A stretch of DNA of 64,000 nucleotides, taken from a bacterium. Its GTDB lineage: Bacteria; Chloroflexota; Dormibacteria; Aeolococcales; Bog-877. The notes below the pieces were generated by a model. It made no database searches. It was not told the origin of the DNA and was given only the letters and a program-made list of their open reading frames with translations. A program made the translations under genes and the position numbers. The stretch lies in the NCBI GenBank assembly GCA_021827985.1, contig JAKATL010000002.1, positions 846-64,845 on the forward strand, read 5' to 3'. The stretch's first letter is position 1. Each line of letters starts with the position of its first letter. Shown piece after piece: positions 29,350 through 38,407 of this stretch.

Positions 29350-32049
29350 ATGTCACAGACCGTTGCCAGGACCCGTCCGCGGACCAAGGCCGCCGCCGCC
29401 CGCAAGTTCGTGTACGACTTCGAGGAGGGCAACGCGGAGATGCGGGGCCTGCTCGGGGGAAAGGGAGCGGGAGTGGCCGAGATGACCCGGGCGGGGCTGC
29501 CCGTGCCCCCGGGGTTCACCATCACCACCGAGGCGTGTCTGGCGTATCTGGAGAAGGGGACCTTCCCGGAAGGGATGATGGAGGAGGTCCGGACTCACCT
29601 TCAGAGGCTGGAGTCGACCGCCGGCCGGCGCTTCGGGGACCCCAAGGACCCGCTTTTGGTCTCGGTGCGCTCCGGTGCCGCCTTCTCGATGCCGGGGATG
29701 ATGGACACGGTGCTCAACCTCGGCCTCAACGAGAGAACCCTGGAGGGGCTGGCCCAGGCCACCGGGGACCTGCGCTTCGCCCGGGATGCCTACCGGAGGT
29801 TCGTCCAGATGTATGGGCGGATCGTCCTCGGCATCGAGGGCGAGCTCTTCGATGAGGAGCTGGAGGCCGCCAAGCGCCGCCAGGGGGTGAAGACGGACGC
29901 CGAGCTCGACCCCGAGTCCCTGGAGAAGCTGGCGGCCACCTACCGTGTCACCGTCGAGCGCCGGACCGGCAATCCGTTCCCGGAGGAGCCCTGGGAGCAG
30001 CTGACCGGGGCGATAGCCGCGGTCTTCTCCTCCTGGAACGGCAAGCGGGCCGTCGCCTATCGTGAGTACAACCACATCCCGCACACCCTGGGGACCGCCG
30101 TCAACGTGCAGGCCATGGTCTTCGGGAACATGGGCCAGGACTCCGGCACCGGGGTGGCCTTCACCCGCGATCCCTCCACCGGTGAGCGTCGGCTCTACGG
30201 CGAGTACCTGCTCAACGCCCAGGGCGAGGACGTGGTGGCGGGGATCCGCACCCCCCAGCCGATCGCCAGCCTGGAGAGCAGCCTGCCGGAGGTGTACCGG
30301 CAGTTTCAGGAGATCGCCGAGAAGCTGGAGCGGCACTACCGCGACGTACAGGACATGGAGTTCACCATCGAGCGGGGGAAGCTCTACATGCTGCAGACGC
30401 GCACCGGCAAGCGCACCGCGGCAGCGGCGGTCAAGATAGCCGTGGACATGGTGGACGAGGGGTTGATCACCCGCGAGGAGGCTCTGTCCCGGGTAGAGCC
30501 GGAGCAGGTGGACCACCTTCTCCATCGAGCGATCGACCCGAGGGCGGAGGTCAAGGTACTGGCCCAGGGCCTGGCCGCCTCCCCGGGGGCGGCCACCGGG
30601 GCGGCAGTCTTCGATGCCGACCGGGCCGAGGAGATGGCCAAGAAGGGGCAGCGATCCATCCTGGTGCGCATCGAGACCAACCCTGATGACGTGCACGGGA
30701 TGATCGCCGCCGAGGGCGTGCTCACCTCCCGCGGCGGCCGGACCTCGCACGCCGCGGTGGTGGCCAGGGGGATGGGCAAGCCGTGCGTGGCCGGCTGTGA
30801 CGGGATCCGGGTGGACCTGGAGAAGCGGCGCTTTGCCGCCGACGGGGTGACCATTAAAGAAGGAGACCTCATCACCATCGACGGGACCACCGGCCGGGTG
30901 ATCCAGGGTTCAGTCCCCATGGTCGAGGCTGGGGTGTCAGGAGATCTCGAGAAGCTTCTCAAGACGGCCGACCAGGTGCGGCGCCTCAAGGTCTACGCCA
31001 ACGCCGACACCCCTGAGGATGCCCGCCGGGCCCGGGAATTCGGGGCCCAGGGGATCGGGCTCTGCCGGACCGAGCACATGTTCATGCAGCAGGAGCGGCT
31101 TCCCCATGTGCAGGCGATGATCCTGGCCCAGGACTCGACCGCCCGCAAGGAGGCCCTGGACCAGCTCCTGCCCTTCCAGCGGGGGGACTTCATCGGAATC
31201 CTTGAGGCCATGCAGGGGCTCCCGGTGATCATCCGGCTCATCGACCCACCCCTCCATGAGTTCCTGCCCAGCCACGACGAGCTGCTCGAGGAGGTGACCC
31301 GGCTCCGGGCACTGAAGAAGAGCGGAAAGAAGCTGCAGCGGGCGGAGCGACTTCTGGCTGCGGTCGAGGAGCTGCGTGAGCAGAACCCCATGCTGGGACT
31401 CCGAGGATGCCGGCTCGGCCTGCTGTTCCCTGAGATCATCGAGATGCAGGTGCGGGCCATCGCTGAGGCGGCATCGCAGCTGCGCCAGCGGCGCGTCCGC
31501 GCCATCCCCGAGATCATGGTGCCGCTCGTCGGGCACGCCGAGGAGCTGCGCCGCTCCCGCCTGGTGATCGAGGCCACCCTCAAGCAGGTGGCCAAGGAGC
31601 AGGGAGTGCGCTTCGAGACCAAGATCGGGACCATGATCGAGGTCCCGCGTGCCGCGCTGACCGCTGGGTCCATCGCCGAGCACGCCCAGTTCTTCTCCTT
31701 CGGTACCAACGACTTGACCCAGATGACCTTTGGTGTGTCACGGGACGACGCCGAGGGCAAGTTCCTGCGCCGCTACGTCGAGGACGGCATCCTGCCCGCC
31801 AATCCCTTCGAGCACCTGGACCCGGACGGCGTCGGTCGCCTGATGGGTCTGGCGGTCCAGGAGGGGAGGGGGACGAGGCCGGCCCTGGAGGTGGGGATCT
31901 GCGGCGAGCACGGGGGCGACGCCCAGTCGATCGCGATCTGTGAGCGTCTCGGCCTGGACTACGTCTCCAGCTCGCCGTTCCGGGTCCCCGGGGCCCGGCT
32001 GGCTGCCGCCCAAGCCCGACTGGCTGAGGGGGGAGCCAGGGACGTCTGA
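29350..32049 (+). CDS. ppdK: Pyruvate, phosphate dikinase
   Basis: LLGGKGAG, SVRSGAAFSMPGMMDT, GGRTSHAAVVARG, GIGLCRTEHMF, SFGTNDLTQ, GICGEHGG. Confidence 0.97.
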   Translation: MSQTVARTRPRTKAAAARKFVYDFEEGNAEMRGLLGGKGAGVAEMTRAGLPVPPGFTITTEACLAYLEKGTFPEGMMEEVRTHLQRLESTAGRRFGDPKDPLLVSVRSGAAFSMPGMMDTVLNLGLNERTLEGLAQATGDLRFARDAYRRFVQMYGRIVLGIEGELFDEELEAAKRRQGVKTDAELDPESLEKLAATYRVTVERRTGNPFPEEPWEQLTGAIAAVFSSWNGKRAVAYREYNHIPHTLGTAVNVQAMVFGNMGQDSGTGVAFTRDPSTGERRLYGEYLLNAQGEDVVAGIRTPQPIASLESSLPEVYRQFQEIAEKLERHYRDVQDMEFTIERGKLYMLQTRTGKRTAAAAVKIAVDMVDEGLITREEALSRVEPEQVDHLLHRAIDPRAEVKVLAQGLAASPGAATGAAVFDADRAEEMAKKGQRSILVRIETNPDDVHGMIAAEGVLTSRGGRTSHAAVVARGMGKPCVAGCDGIRVDLEKRRFAADGVTIKEGDLITIDGTTGRVIQGSVPMVEAGVSGDLEKLLKTADQVRRLKVYANADTPEDARRAREFGAQGIGLCRTEHMFMQQERLPHVQAMILAQDSTARKEALDQLLPFQRGDFIGILEAMQGLPVIIRLIDPPLHEFLPSHDELLEEVTRLRALKKSGKKLQRAERLLAAVEELREQNPMLGLRGCRLGLLFPEIIEMQVRAIAEAASQLRQRRVRAIPEIMVPLVGHAEELRRSRLVIEATLKQVAKEQGVRFETKIGTMIEVPRAALTAGSIAEHAQFFSFGTNDLTQMTFGVSRDDAEGKFLRRYVEDGILPANPFEHLDPDGVGRLMGLAVQEGRGTRPALEVGICGEHGGDAQSIAICERLGLDYVSSSPFRVPGARLAAAQARLAEGGARDV

Positions 32050-32074
32050 CCGGCCTGGTGCCCCAGCCCGCCCT

Positions 32075-32530
32075 TCAGGCGGTCTGGGGCCCCGGCTCAG
32101 GAACCGCCAGGACTGACTCCAGCAGAGGGCGCCACGGAACGGCCTCCCAGCCGCGCTCCCGAGCCACCTCGCGGGCCAGCCGGCACGCTTCATCCACCCA
32201 GGCGATCTCCGCGGCGAACTGTGCGGAGACCCGCCAGCCCGCCTCCGGGACGAGGCGCCCGGTCTCCGTGGCCACGGCGTCGCCGAAGAGCCGGACGGCC
32301 TCGTGCGAGGCGGACAGGATGTGGGCCAGGTGGCCGTGCTCTGGTTGCGAGGCTACCTCAACCGCCCAGCGGGCACAGGCGAAGGCCCGGTGCCACTCCG
32401 ACCGCTCGTCGGAACCGAGCTTCGCGGCACGTGCCCGGTAGTGGGCGAGTTCTTCGCTGGGGCCGGCAGTCATGGCGGTGCCGAGGCAATCCAGGAGATG
32501 TGCGGCCATGAAGCTGGGTTCAGTGTCCAC
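32075..32530 (-). CDS. Hypothetical protein
   Basis: 151-aa helical-looking ORF filling the gap; TAGAGT-N6-GTG leaderless-type start. Confidence 0.55.
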   Translation of the reverse strand: MDTEPSFMAAHLLDCLGTAMTAGPSEELAHYRARAAKLGSDERSEWHRAFACARWAVEVASQPEHGHLAHILSASHEAVRLFGDAVATETGRLVPEAGWRVSAQFAAEIAWVDEACRLAREVARERGWEAVPWRPLLESVLAVPEPGPQTA

Positions 32531-32706
32531 GCCAAGACTCTACCGCCCACCGCCTCTCCGGCGCCGCCCTCCTCCACCCTGAGGGCGGGCGCGCGTGAAC
32601 CCCGGGGGGTACCGGGTGATTCCCTGCTGTAGGGCGTGCTGAGGCCGAACCTACGCTGGGATCACCCGATCAAGAGAGCGGCGCCGGAGCGCCGAGGAGG
32701 TGACCC

Positions 32707-32964
32707 ATGATGGCTATCGAGCAGTTGACGGCCCTGGAGGCCCAGAAGACGGTCGATGCGCGGGGAACCTCCTGCCCCGGTCCCATCCTGGCGGCCAAGA
32801 AGGGGATCGTCGAGGTCAAGGTCGGCGAGGTGATGGCGGTGCTCTCCACCGACTCCGGAACCAAGAAGGACCTTCCGGCCTGGGCGGCCAAGATGGGACA
32901 CGAGTTCCTTGGGGTAGTGGACGAGCAGGGCTACTTCAAGTGCTTCGTGAGGAGGATGAAGTAA
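32707..32964 (+). CDS. tusA: TusA-family sulfur carrier
   Basis: VDARGTSCPGPIL; GAGGAGG RBS; 85 aa. Confidence 0.92.
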   Translation: MMAIEQLTALEAQKTVDARGTSCPGPILAAKKGIVEVKVGEVMAVLSTDSGTKKDLPAWAAKMGHEFLGVVDEQGYFKCFVRRMK

Positions 32965-32970
32965 CCGGCC

Positions 32971-33414
32971 ATGGCAACCACCATGGCGCCGCCGGCCCCC
33001 ACGGCGGGAACCACCTTCGGCCCCAAGATCCTGGTGTTCTCCACCAATAACATCTCGGATCCGGGGATCGACCTGGCGGGCAGCTCGCATCTGCACTACT
33101 CCCCCCGGGCGATGACGATCGCGGTTCCCTGCAGCAGCGGGATCGCCCCGGAGTGGATCGCCTACGCCTTCGACCAGGGGTTTGATGGGGTCTTCATCGC
33201 CTCCGACGGCGAGGAGTGCAGCTACCTCACCGACTGCTCGGAGCGGTCGGCCAAGTTGTTCGAGAGAGCGCAGGCGATGATGGCGGAGAAGGGGTACGCC
33301 CCGGAGCGCCTCAAGATGGCGGCCATCTGCTCGGTCTGCGCCGAGCCCTTCGTGAAGTACATGCACGAGTTCGAAGCCCAGCTGCGGGAGCTGGGCCCGG
33401 TCGGGGTGGCATAG
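32971..33414 (+). CDS. MvhD/FlpD-like iron-sulfur subunit (variant)
   Basis: PKILVF..DLAG...YSP, VPCSSG, AFDQGFDGVFI, ERL; Cys in ECSYLTDC and ICSVC. Confidence 0.85.
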   Translation: MATTMAPPAPTAGTTFGPKILVFSTNNISDPGIDLAGSSHLHYSPRAMTIAVPCSSGIAPEWIAYAFDQGFDGVFIASDGEECSYLTDCSERSAKLFERAQAMMAEKGYAPERLKMAAICSVCAEPFVKYMHEFEAQLRELGPVGVA

Positions 33415-33416
33415 CC

Positions 33417-36116
33417 ATGGACTACGACGTCCTGGTGATTGGAAGCGGCATCGGGGGGATGGAGTCCGCCCTCAAGCTCGGGGACATGGGCTATCGGGTC
33501 CTGGTGGTCGAGAAGGAGGCCTCGGTGGGGGGGAAGATGATCCTCCTCAGCAAGGTGTTCCCCACCCTGGACTGCGCCAGCTGCATCTCCACGCCCAAGA
33601 TGGCGGCGACCATCCACCACCCCAACATCACCGTCCGCACCTATGCGGAGGTGGAGAGGATCCAGCGCCACCCGGATGGCACCTTCTCGGTGTCGATCCG
33701 CCAGAACCCACGCTTTGTCGATGAGGCCGCCTGCACCGGCTGCCAGCTCTGTGAGCAGGCCTGCACGGTGGCCGTCCCCGACCAGTTCAATGCCGACCTG
33801 GTGTCCAGGCGGGCCGCGTACATCCCCTTCCCTCAGGCCGTGCCCAAGAAGGCGGTGGTCGAAAGGCCGGGTACGTCGCCCTGCACCTTCGATTGCCCGG
33901 CCGGCATCAAGGCGCATGGGTACGTTTCCCTGGCGCGGAGTGGCGAATACGAGAAGGCCTTCAACCTGGTCCTGGAGAGCACTCCCCTGGTGGGTAGCCT
34001 TGGGCGGGCCTGCTTCGCACCCTGTGAGGATGGCTGCTCGCGCGGATCGCTCGAGGGCCCCGTGCCGATCCGCCGGATCAAGCGTTTCGTTGCCGACGCC
34101 CACTACCAGTCCGAGTTCCCGTTGGGAGTCGAGGCCGGCTCGACCACCGGGAAGCGGGTGGCGATAGTGGGCTCCGGACCGGCCGGCCTCACCGCGGCCT
34201 GGCAGCTGCGCCTGCTGGGACACGAGGTGAAGATCTACGAGGCGGGGCCGGTGGCGGGAGGAGCCCTCGGCCTCACCATCCCGAACTACCGGCTCCCGAG
34301 CGAGGTGGTGGCGGACGACGTGGGCAACGTCACCGCGATCGGAGTTGAGATCGAGCTCAATCACCGGGTGACCGATCTGGGTGAGCTCACGGACCAGGGC
34401 TTTGACGCCGTCCTCGTGGCGACCGGAACGCCGCGCTCGGGACGACTCGGAGTGGACGGGGAGGCCCTGCCCCAGGTGGTTCCGTCCCTGGACTTCCTTG
34501 AGGCCAGCAAGCTGTGTCGGGGGATGGAGGTCCGGGGGCAGCGGGTGGTGGTCGTGGGTGGTGGCAACGTCGCCATCGACGCGGCCCGCTCGGCTCGTCG
34601 ACTGGGGGCCCTGGCCGTGACCGAGGTGTGCCTAGAGACCCGCGCGGAGATGCCGGCCTTCGACTGGGAGGTCGATGAGGCTCTGGCCGAGGGGGTGCAT
34701 CTGGAGGACGGCTGGGGAATCGCCAGGGTCCTAGGCCACGACCGGGTGGAGGGGATCGAGCTCAAACGCTGCACCGCGGTATTCGACGCCCAGGGCCGCT
34801 TCCACCCCGCCTATGACGAGGGCGAGCGCCAGAGCATCGCCTGCGACCTGGTGGTGGTGGCGATCGGGATGGGGCCGGACACCGAATCCTTCGCCCCCCT
34901 GCTCGACCGCCGGGGAAACGGGACTCTGGCAGTTGATCCGGGCACCCTGCAGTCTCGGGTCCCCAAGATCTTCGCCTGCGGGGACGTGGTTGACGGCGCC
35001 ACCATGATCACGACCGCGGTTGGCCAGGGACGCCGCGCCGCCCACATGATCGACCGCTTCCTCAACTCCCAGGAGTTTGACCCGGAGGAGTTCAATCTGC
35101 TCCTGCCCCGGGTCGAGGCCCAGGATGTGCTGCGGCGGCAGAAGACGCACAGCCGGAAGGATGCCCTGGGGTCGGGCAAGGAGCTGGTCCTGGATCCCCG
35201 CGACTTCCACGAGATCGAGGCTCCCCTGAGTGAGGCCGAGGTGCACTACAGCGCCGGTCGCTGCCTGGACTGTGGGGTGTGCTCCGAGTGCCACGAGTGC
35301 GTGAACGTCTGCCCGGCCGATGCCATCCATCTGGACATGCGACCGGAGAAGGTGGAGACGGAAGTGGCGGCGGTGGTGGTCTCCACCGGCTTCAAGCTGT
35401 TCCCGGCGGACCTCAAGCCCCAGTACGGGTTCGGTCGCTTCAAGAATGTCATCACCGGGATGCAGATGGACCGGCTGCTGGCTCCGACCCGGCCCTTCAA
35501 CACCGTGCTCAGGCCCGGTGATGGAAAGGTCCCGGAGCGGATCGCCTACGTGATGTGCACCGGCTCGCGGGACCAGACAGTGGGCAACCCACTCTGCTCC
35601 CGGATCTGCTGCATGTATTCCATCAAGCAGAACCAGCTCATCATGGGAGCCCTTCCCCTGGCTGACGTCACCGTGTTCACCATTGACGTGCGCACCGCCG
35701 GCAAGGGATATGACGAGTTCTACGTCCAGGCCGAGGCGATGGGAACCACCTTCATCAAGGGCCGGATCGCCGAGATCCGGGAGCTGGACAACGGCGACCT
35801 GGTCCTCCGCTACGAGGACATCGAGCACGGTGGCGAGATCCGGGAGGCCGAGTTCGACCTGGTGGTCCTGGCGGTGGGCGTGCAGCCCAACCTGGACACC
35901 CGCCAGCTGTTCGGCGAGGGCGAGCTCCAGCACGACCCCTACTACTACGTGGAGGAGGTGGACGAGGACCTCAACCCCGGGCAGACCAGCATCGAGGGGG
36001 TGTTCGTCGCCGGCGCGGCGTCCGGGGCCAAGGACATACCCGAGTCGATCCTCCACGCCGGGGCGGCCGTGGCCCAGGCCGCGGCCCACGTCGAGGCCCT
36101 GAGGGTGAGGTCATGA
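33417..36116 (+). CDS. HdrA-like flavoprotein with inserted GltD-type NAD(P)H oxidoreductase domain (HdrL-like)
   Basis: VIGSGIGG, KVFPTLDCASC, CTGCQLCEQAC; insert PCTFDCPAG...GSGPAG...GGGNVAID; return via CSECHECVNVCP; CTGSRD..CSRICCMYSIKQ. Confidence 0.9.
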   Translation: MDYDVLVIGSGIGGMESALKLGDMGYRVLVVEKEASVGGKMILLSKVFPTLDCASCISTPKMAATIHHPNITVRTYAEVERIQRHPDGTFSVSIRQNPRFVDEAACTGCQLCEQACTVAVPDQFNADLVSRRAAYIPFPQAVPKKAVVERPGTSPCTFDCPAGIKAHGYVSLARSGEYEKAFNLVLESTPLVGSLGRACFAPCEDGCSRGSLEGPVPIRRIKRFVADAHYQSEFPLGVEAGSTTGKRVAIVGSGPAGLTAAWQLRLLGHEVKIYEAGPVAGGALGLTIPNYRLPSEVVADDVGNVTAIGVEIELNHRVTDLGELTDQGFDAVLVATGTPRSGRLGVDGEALPQVVPSLDFLEASKLCRGMEVRGQRVVVVGGGNVAIDAARSARRLGALAVTEVCLETRAEMPAFDWEVDEALAEGVHLEDGWGIARVLGHDRVEGIELKRCTAVFDAQGRFHPAYDEGERQSIACDLVVVAIGMGPDTESFAPLLDRRGNGTLAVDPGTLQSRVPKIFACGDVVDGATMITTAVGQGRRAAHMIDRFLNSQEFDPEEFNLLLPRVEAQDVLRRQKTHSRKDALGSGKELVLDPRDFHEIEAPLSEAEVHYSAGRCLDCGVCSECHECVNVCPADAIHLDMRPEKVETEVAAVVVSTGFKLFPADLKPQYGFGRFKNVITGMQMDRLLAPTRPFNTVLRPGDGKVPERIAYVMCTGSRDQTVGNPLCSRICCMYSIKQNQLIMGALPLADVTVFTIDVRTAGKGYDEFYVQAEAMGTTFIKGRIAEIRELDNGDLVLRYEDIEHGGEIREAEFDLVVLAVGVQPNLDTRQLFGEGELQHDPYYYVEEVDEDLNPGQTSIEGVFVAGAASGAKDIPESILHAGAAVAQAAAHVEALRVRS

Positions 36117-37843
36117 GCGAGCGCAAGATCGGCGTCTACGTCTGCCAGTGCGGCGGCAACATCTCCGACTACGTGGACGTGGAGCGGGTCCGCCAGGCCG
36201 TGGCCGAAGACCCCGACGTGGTGGTGGCCCGAACCGCGATGTTCACCTGCTCAGACGCCACCCAGGACGAGATCGCCGACGACATCAAGCTCGATGACCT
36301 GGACGGACTGGTGGTCGCCTCCTGCTCCCCCAAGCTCCACACCTTCACCTTCCGCGGAGTGGCCCGCCGCGCCGGCCTCAACCCCTACCGCTACACGCAG
36401 GTGAACCTGCGCGAGCAGGACTCCTGGGCCCACACCGACGATCGCCTAGGCGCGACCGAGAAGGCGATTCGCCTGGTGCGAGCCGGGATCGCCCGCACCC
36501 GTCTGCTCGAGCCGCTCGACCCGACCGTGGTGGAGACCGTTCCCCGGGCGCTGGTCATCGGTGCCGGGATCGCGGGGCTGCGAGCCGCGATCGGGCTGGC
36601 GGACATAGGCCTTGGGGTGGTCCTCATCGAGCGCGAGGCGGAGGTGGGGGGGCATGTGCGGGAGCTGGGGACCATGTATCCGCACGACCGCCAGGGGCAG
36701 GAGTTGATCTCGGAGCTCCTGGGTGAGGTCCGGCGCCGGGAGGGCATCGCGCTCTTCACCAACGCCGAACTGGTGCGCAAGGGCGGCACCTTCGGGAATT
36801 ACGAGGTGGACATCCGGACCCGCGGCGACTCCAACATGACCCGCCGCTTCGAGGTGGGCTCGATCATCGTCGCCACGGGATTCGACAGCTATCTCCCGGA
36901 AGAGGGGGAGTACGGCTACGGCATCCCCGGTGTCCTGACCCTCCCGGAGTTCAAGAAGCTGGTGGATGCCAGCGAAGGCCCGCTGGTCTACGGGGACCGT
37001 CCGGTCCGCTCGGTCGCCTACATCTACTGCGTCGGGAGCCGCCAGGGCGAGAGCGGACCGCACCAGTACTGCTCGCGCTTCTGCTGCACCTCGGCGGTGC
37101 ACACCGACCTGGAGCTCCGGGCCAAGGCCCCCAAGGTCCACCAGTACCACCTCTACCGGGACATGCGCACCTATGGACGCTACGAGCTCCTCTACAACGA
37201 TTCCCGGGAGAAGGGCTCCGCCTACCTTAAGTTCGCACCCGACACCCCTCCTGAGGTTCAGCGCCGTGGGGACGGCCAGCTGGAGGTAAGGGTCCATGAC
37301 CAGCTCGCCAGCCAGGAGGAGGTCAACCTGGACGTGGACCTGGTGGTCCTGGTGACCGGGATGGTGCCCCGCTCGAACCAGGAGCTGATCCAAAGGCTCA
37401 AGCTGCCCGTGGGCCGAGACGGTTTCTTCAACGAGATCCACCCCAAGCTCCGACCGGTGGAGACAGTGGTGGACGGGGTGGCCATCTGCGGCGCGTGCCA
37501 GTTCCCCAAGACGGCGGGGGAGAGCGTGGCCTCCGGGCTGGCGGCGGTCTCCTGGAGCGCCGCCATGCTCAAGCAGGGGAGGGCCGAGCTGGATCCCCAG
37601 GTGGCGACCGTGGATCCGGACCTCTGCACCTTCTGCGGGGTCTGCATGGAGGCCTGCCCGTACGGCGCCATCGGGCAGCAGGAGCTGGGCGGGAGCCGCC
37701 AGGTGGCGGTCATCGACCCGGCCACCTGCAAGGGCTGCGGCGGCTGCGCCCCGCTCTGTCCGGAGCACGCCATCAACGTACTCGGATACACCGGTAGGGA
37801 GGTGGAGGCGATGATCGAGAGCCTGGCCGCGGGGGTCGCCTGA
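36113..37843 (+). CDS. HdrA-family heterodisulfide reductase subunit A-like protein
   Basis: YVCQCGGNI, FTCS, ASCSPKLH, NLREQDSWAH, IGAGIAG, YCVGSR..YCSRFCC, HPKLRP, C-terminal 2x[4Fe-4S]. Confidence 0.92.
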   Translation: MSERKIGVYVCQCGGNISDYVDVERVRQAVAEDPDVVVARTAMFTCSDATQDEIADDIKLDDLDGLVVASCSPKLHTFTFRGVARRAGLNPYRYTQVNLREQDSWAHTDDRLGATEKAIRLVRAGIARTRLLEPLDPTVVETVPRALVIGAGIAGLRAAIGLADIGLGVVLIEREAEVGGHVRELGTMYPHDRQGQELISELLGEVRRREGIALFTNAELVRKGGTFGNYEVDIRTRGDSNMTRRFEVGSIIVATGFDSYLPEEGEYGYGIPGVLTLPEFKKLVDASEGPLVYGDRPVRSVAYIYCVGSRQGESGPHQYCSRFCCTSAVHTDLELRAKAPKVHQYHLYRDMRTYGRYELLYNDSREKGSAYLKFAPDTPPEVQRRGDGQLEVRVHDQLASQEEVNLDVDLVVLVTGMVPRSNQELIQRLKLPVGRDGFFNEIHPKLRPVETVVDGVAICGACQFPKTAGESVASGLAAVSWSAAMLKQGRAELDPQVATVDPDLCTFCGVCMEACPYGAIGQQELGGSRQVAVIDPATCKGCGGCAPLCPEHAINVLGYTGREVEAMIESLAAGVA

Positions 37844-37844
37844 G

Positions 37845-38093
37845 ATGGTCGTTGAGAGCCGCGACCTGCGCGAGGTGATCCGAGAGGAGCCGCTTCGGCG
37901 CCGCGAGATCCTGAGGGCGGTGGCCGACGGTCCACGCACCGTGCCGGAGATCGCCGGAATGATCGGCTGCCCCACCCACGAGGTCATGTACTGGGTGATG
38001 GGGATGCGCAAGTACGGGTACCTCGCCGAGAGCTCCGAGGCCGATGATGATGGGCTCTTCCACTACCGGGCGCTGGAGCGGCTTGCGCCATGA
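37845..38093 (+). CDS. Small winged-helix protein
   Basis: REILRAVADGPRTVPEIAGMIG..HEVMYWVMGMRKYG; translationally coupled within the operon. Confidence 0.75.
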   Translation: MVVESRDLREVIREEPLRRREILRAVADGPRTVPEIAGMIGCPTHEVMYWVMGMRKYGYLAESSEADDDGLFHYRALERLAP

Positions 38094-38404
38094 CCGCCAC
38101 GCTCCAGCCCGACCTGGCGGAGAGGGTGGGGATGGACCCCGCCTTCAATCCCTCGGCCTGCATGAACTGCGGCATCTGCACCGCCATCTGCCCCCTTGGG
38201 CTGCGCCATCTTCCCCGCGAGGTGTTCGCCTACGTGGTCCTGGGGATGGAGGAGGAGGTGCTCCAGCATCAGGAGGAGGTGTTCTCCTGCCTGCTCTGCA
38301 AGCTCTGTGAGGTGAGCTGCCCGGCGGGCGTGCACATCACCGAGAACGTGCGGGCGCTCCGGCACTACTTCGACCGCAACGTTTTCCGCCTACAGGGGAG
38401 GTGA
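38090..38404 (+). CDS. HdrC-like 4Fe-4S dicluster protein
   Basis: CMNCGICTAICP and CLLCKLCEVSCP. Confidence 0.88.
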   Translation: MTATLQPDLAERVGMDPAFNPSACMNCGICTAICPLGLRHLPREVFAYVVLGMEEEVLQHQEEVFSCLLCKLCEVSCPAGVHITENVRALRHYFDRNVFRLQGR

Positions 38405-38407
38405 GGG

